The notes beneath the pieces are model-generated. The model did no database searches, was not told the origin of the DNA, and was given only the letters and a program-made list of their open reading frames with translations. The position numbers and the translations under genes are program-made. From the NCBI GenBank assembly GCA_027859095.1, contig JAQIBN010000085.1, forward strand, positions 1 through 56,128: a DNA stretch of 56,128 bases, in the 5' to 3' direction. Each line of letters opens with the position of its first letter. The first letter of the stretch is position 1. Positions 55,086 through 56,128 of this stretch are shown piece by piece. This DNA is from Spirochaetia bacterium (GTDB lineage Bacteria; Spirochaetota; Spirochaetia; B11-G9).

Positions 55086-56006
55086 ATGAAGATAGCAGAA
55101 AATATTACAGAATTAATAGGAAACACACCCCTCTTGAGAATCAGATCTCTGTCTGAATCCACCGGAGCAGATATTCTGGGAAAAATGGAGTCCTTTAATC
55201 CCATGTCCAGTGTTAAAGATAGAATTGCTCTGGCAATGATAAGGGATGCTGAAAAAAATGGAAAATTAAAAAAAGGTGATTTAATTGTAGAGGCAACAAG
55301 TGGAAATACTGGTGTAGGGCTTGCCTACATTGCAGCAAGCAGAGGCTACAGATGTATTTTAACCATGCCCGACTCCATGAGCATTGAAAGAAGAAAGATC
55401 CTGACAACTCTTGGAGCTGAACTGGTTCTTACTCCTGCTCAGGAAGGGATGAAAGGATCCATAGAGAAGGCAGAGGAGATTCTAAAAGAAAATTCCGGCA
55501 GCTACAGCCCCAGACAGTTTTCAAACCCTGCAAATCCGGAAATTCACAGACAGACAACAGCAAAAGAAATTATCCATGATACTGATGGAGAGATAGATAT
55601 CTTTATTGCAGGTATTGGAACAGGGGGAACAATTACCGGTTGCGGTGAGACTCTGAAAGCCCATGACAGCAGTATAAAGATTATCGCAGTCGAACCCTCA
55701 GAATCTGCAGTTTTATCTGGAAATAAACCCGGAGCACACAGAATACAGGGTATAGGCGCTGGCTTTACTCCGGATGTGCTTAATACAAAAATATATGATG
55801 AAATCATAAAGATTGATTCTGAGGAGGCGGCTGATACAGCCCGCAAAATGGCTAAGAACAATGGTATTTTTCTAGGGATTTCCTCTGGTGCAGCATTAAA
55901 AGCTGCAGAGATTGTTGGAAAACGCCCGGAAAATAAAGGGAAGAGGATTGTTGCTATACTACCGGATGCAGGTGAACGATATCTATCAACATGGATATTT
56001 GAATAA
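55086..56006 (+). CDS. cysK: Cysteine synthase A
   Basis: GNTPL, NPMSSVKDR, EATSGNTG, GIGTGGT, IQGIGAG, GISSGA, PD.GERYLST. Confidence 0.95.
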   Translation: MKIAENITELIGNTPLLRIRSLSESTGADILGKMESFNPMSSVKDRIALAMIRDAEKNGKLKKGDLIVEATSGNTGVGLAYIAASRGYRCILTMPDSMSIERRKILTTLGAELVLTPAQEGMKGSIEKAEEILKENSGSYSPRQFSNPANPEIHRQTTAKEIIHDTDGEIDIFIAGIGTGGTITGCGETLKAHDSSIKIIAVEPSESAVLSGNKPGAHRIQGIGAGFTPDVLNTKIYDEIIKIDSEEAADTARKMAKNNGIFLGISSGAALKAAEIVGKRPENKGKRIVAILPDAGERYLSTWIFE

Positions 56007-56074
56007 TAAAGGCTCTTTTCGAATATATAAGTGATCTTACTATACAGATAGAGAATCCTTTGGTATAATAAATT

Positions 56075-56128
56075 ATGAGCGAGAAGGAAAAAGAACAAAA
56101 GGCATTGGAAATATATCAGCAGCTGATG
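56075..56128 (+). CDS. 5' fragment of an unknown gene running off the window, possibly leaderless
   Basis: ATG 5 nt after TGGTATAAT; open to the window end (MSEKEKEQKALEIYQQLM). Confidence 0.4.
   Translation, partial: MSEKEKEQKALEIYQQLM

Overview
AT-rich bacterial chromosomal window, most likely from a free-living spirochaete (Spirochaetia). The evidence is solute-binding proteins with 'FAGGNKE/FAAGNKE' N-termini, spirochaetal lipoboxes and giant Ig-repeat envelope proteins. Contents in order: a metallophosphoesterase; a LacI-controlled ribose-type ABC operon (rbsR-D-C-B-A-C, no rbsK); a galactokinase; a PRUNE/Ppx1-like DHH phosphatase; a tripartite tricarboxylate transporter (truncated tctC) coupled to an atypical adenylate kinase and thiF-thiS; a class III nucleotide cyclase; two giant Ig-repeat envelope proteins behind a near-consensus sigma28 promoter, preceded by a sigma54-driven STAS gene and a divergent NtrC-family activator; an enlarged GH13 phosphorylase-like enzyme; a MATE pump; a double Tim44/Zn-ribbon/TerB protein; a dead dinJ-yafQ module; a VanY-like peptidase; a Crp/Fnr regulator; azlCD; a ROK-controlled sugar ABC operon; a damaged Fe3+-type ABC operon; and an Rrf2/CysK-linked protein-thiocarboxylate sulfur cluster. 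Highlights are (i) the sigma54 / Ser-less STAS / sigma28 giant-Ig envelope module, (ii) an unannotated modular CTGGTC-hairpin element at two loci, once as a 3-unit array and once nested in a REP-like palindrome, (iii) two repressors that appear to use non-canonical start codons (ATT, ACG), and (iv) several pseudogenes. No rRNA, tRNA, CRISPR array or transposase was recognised. All calls come from reading motifs by eye; no database search was run.
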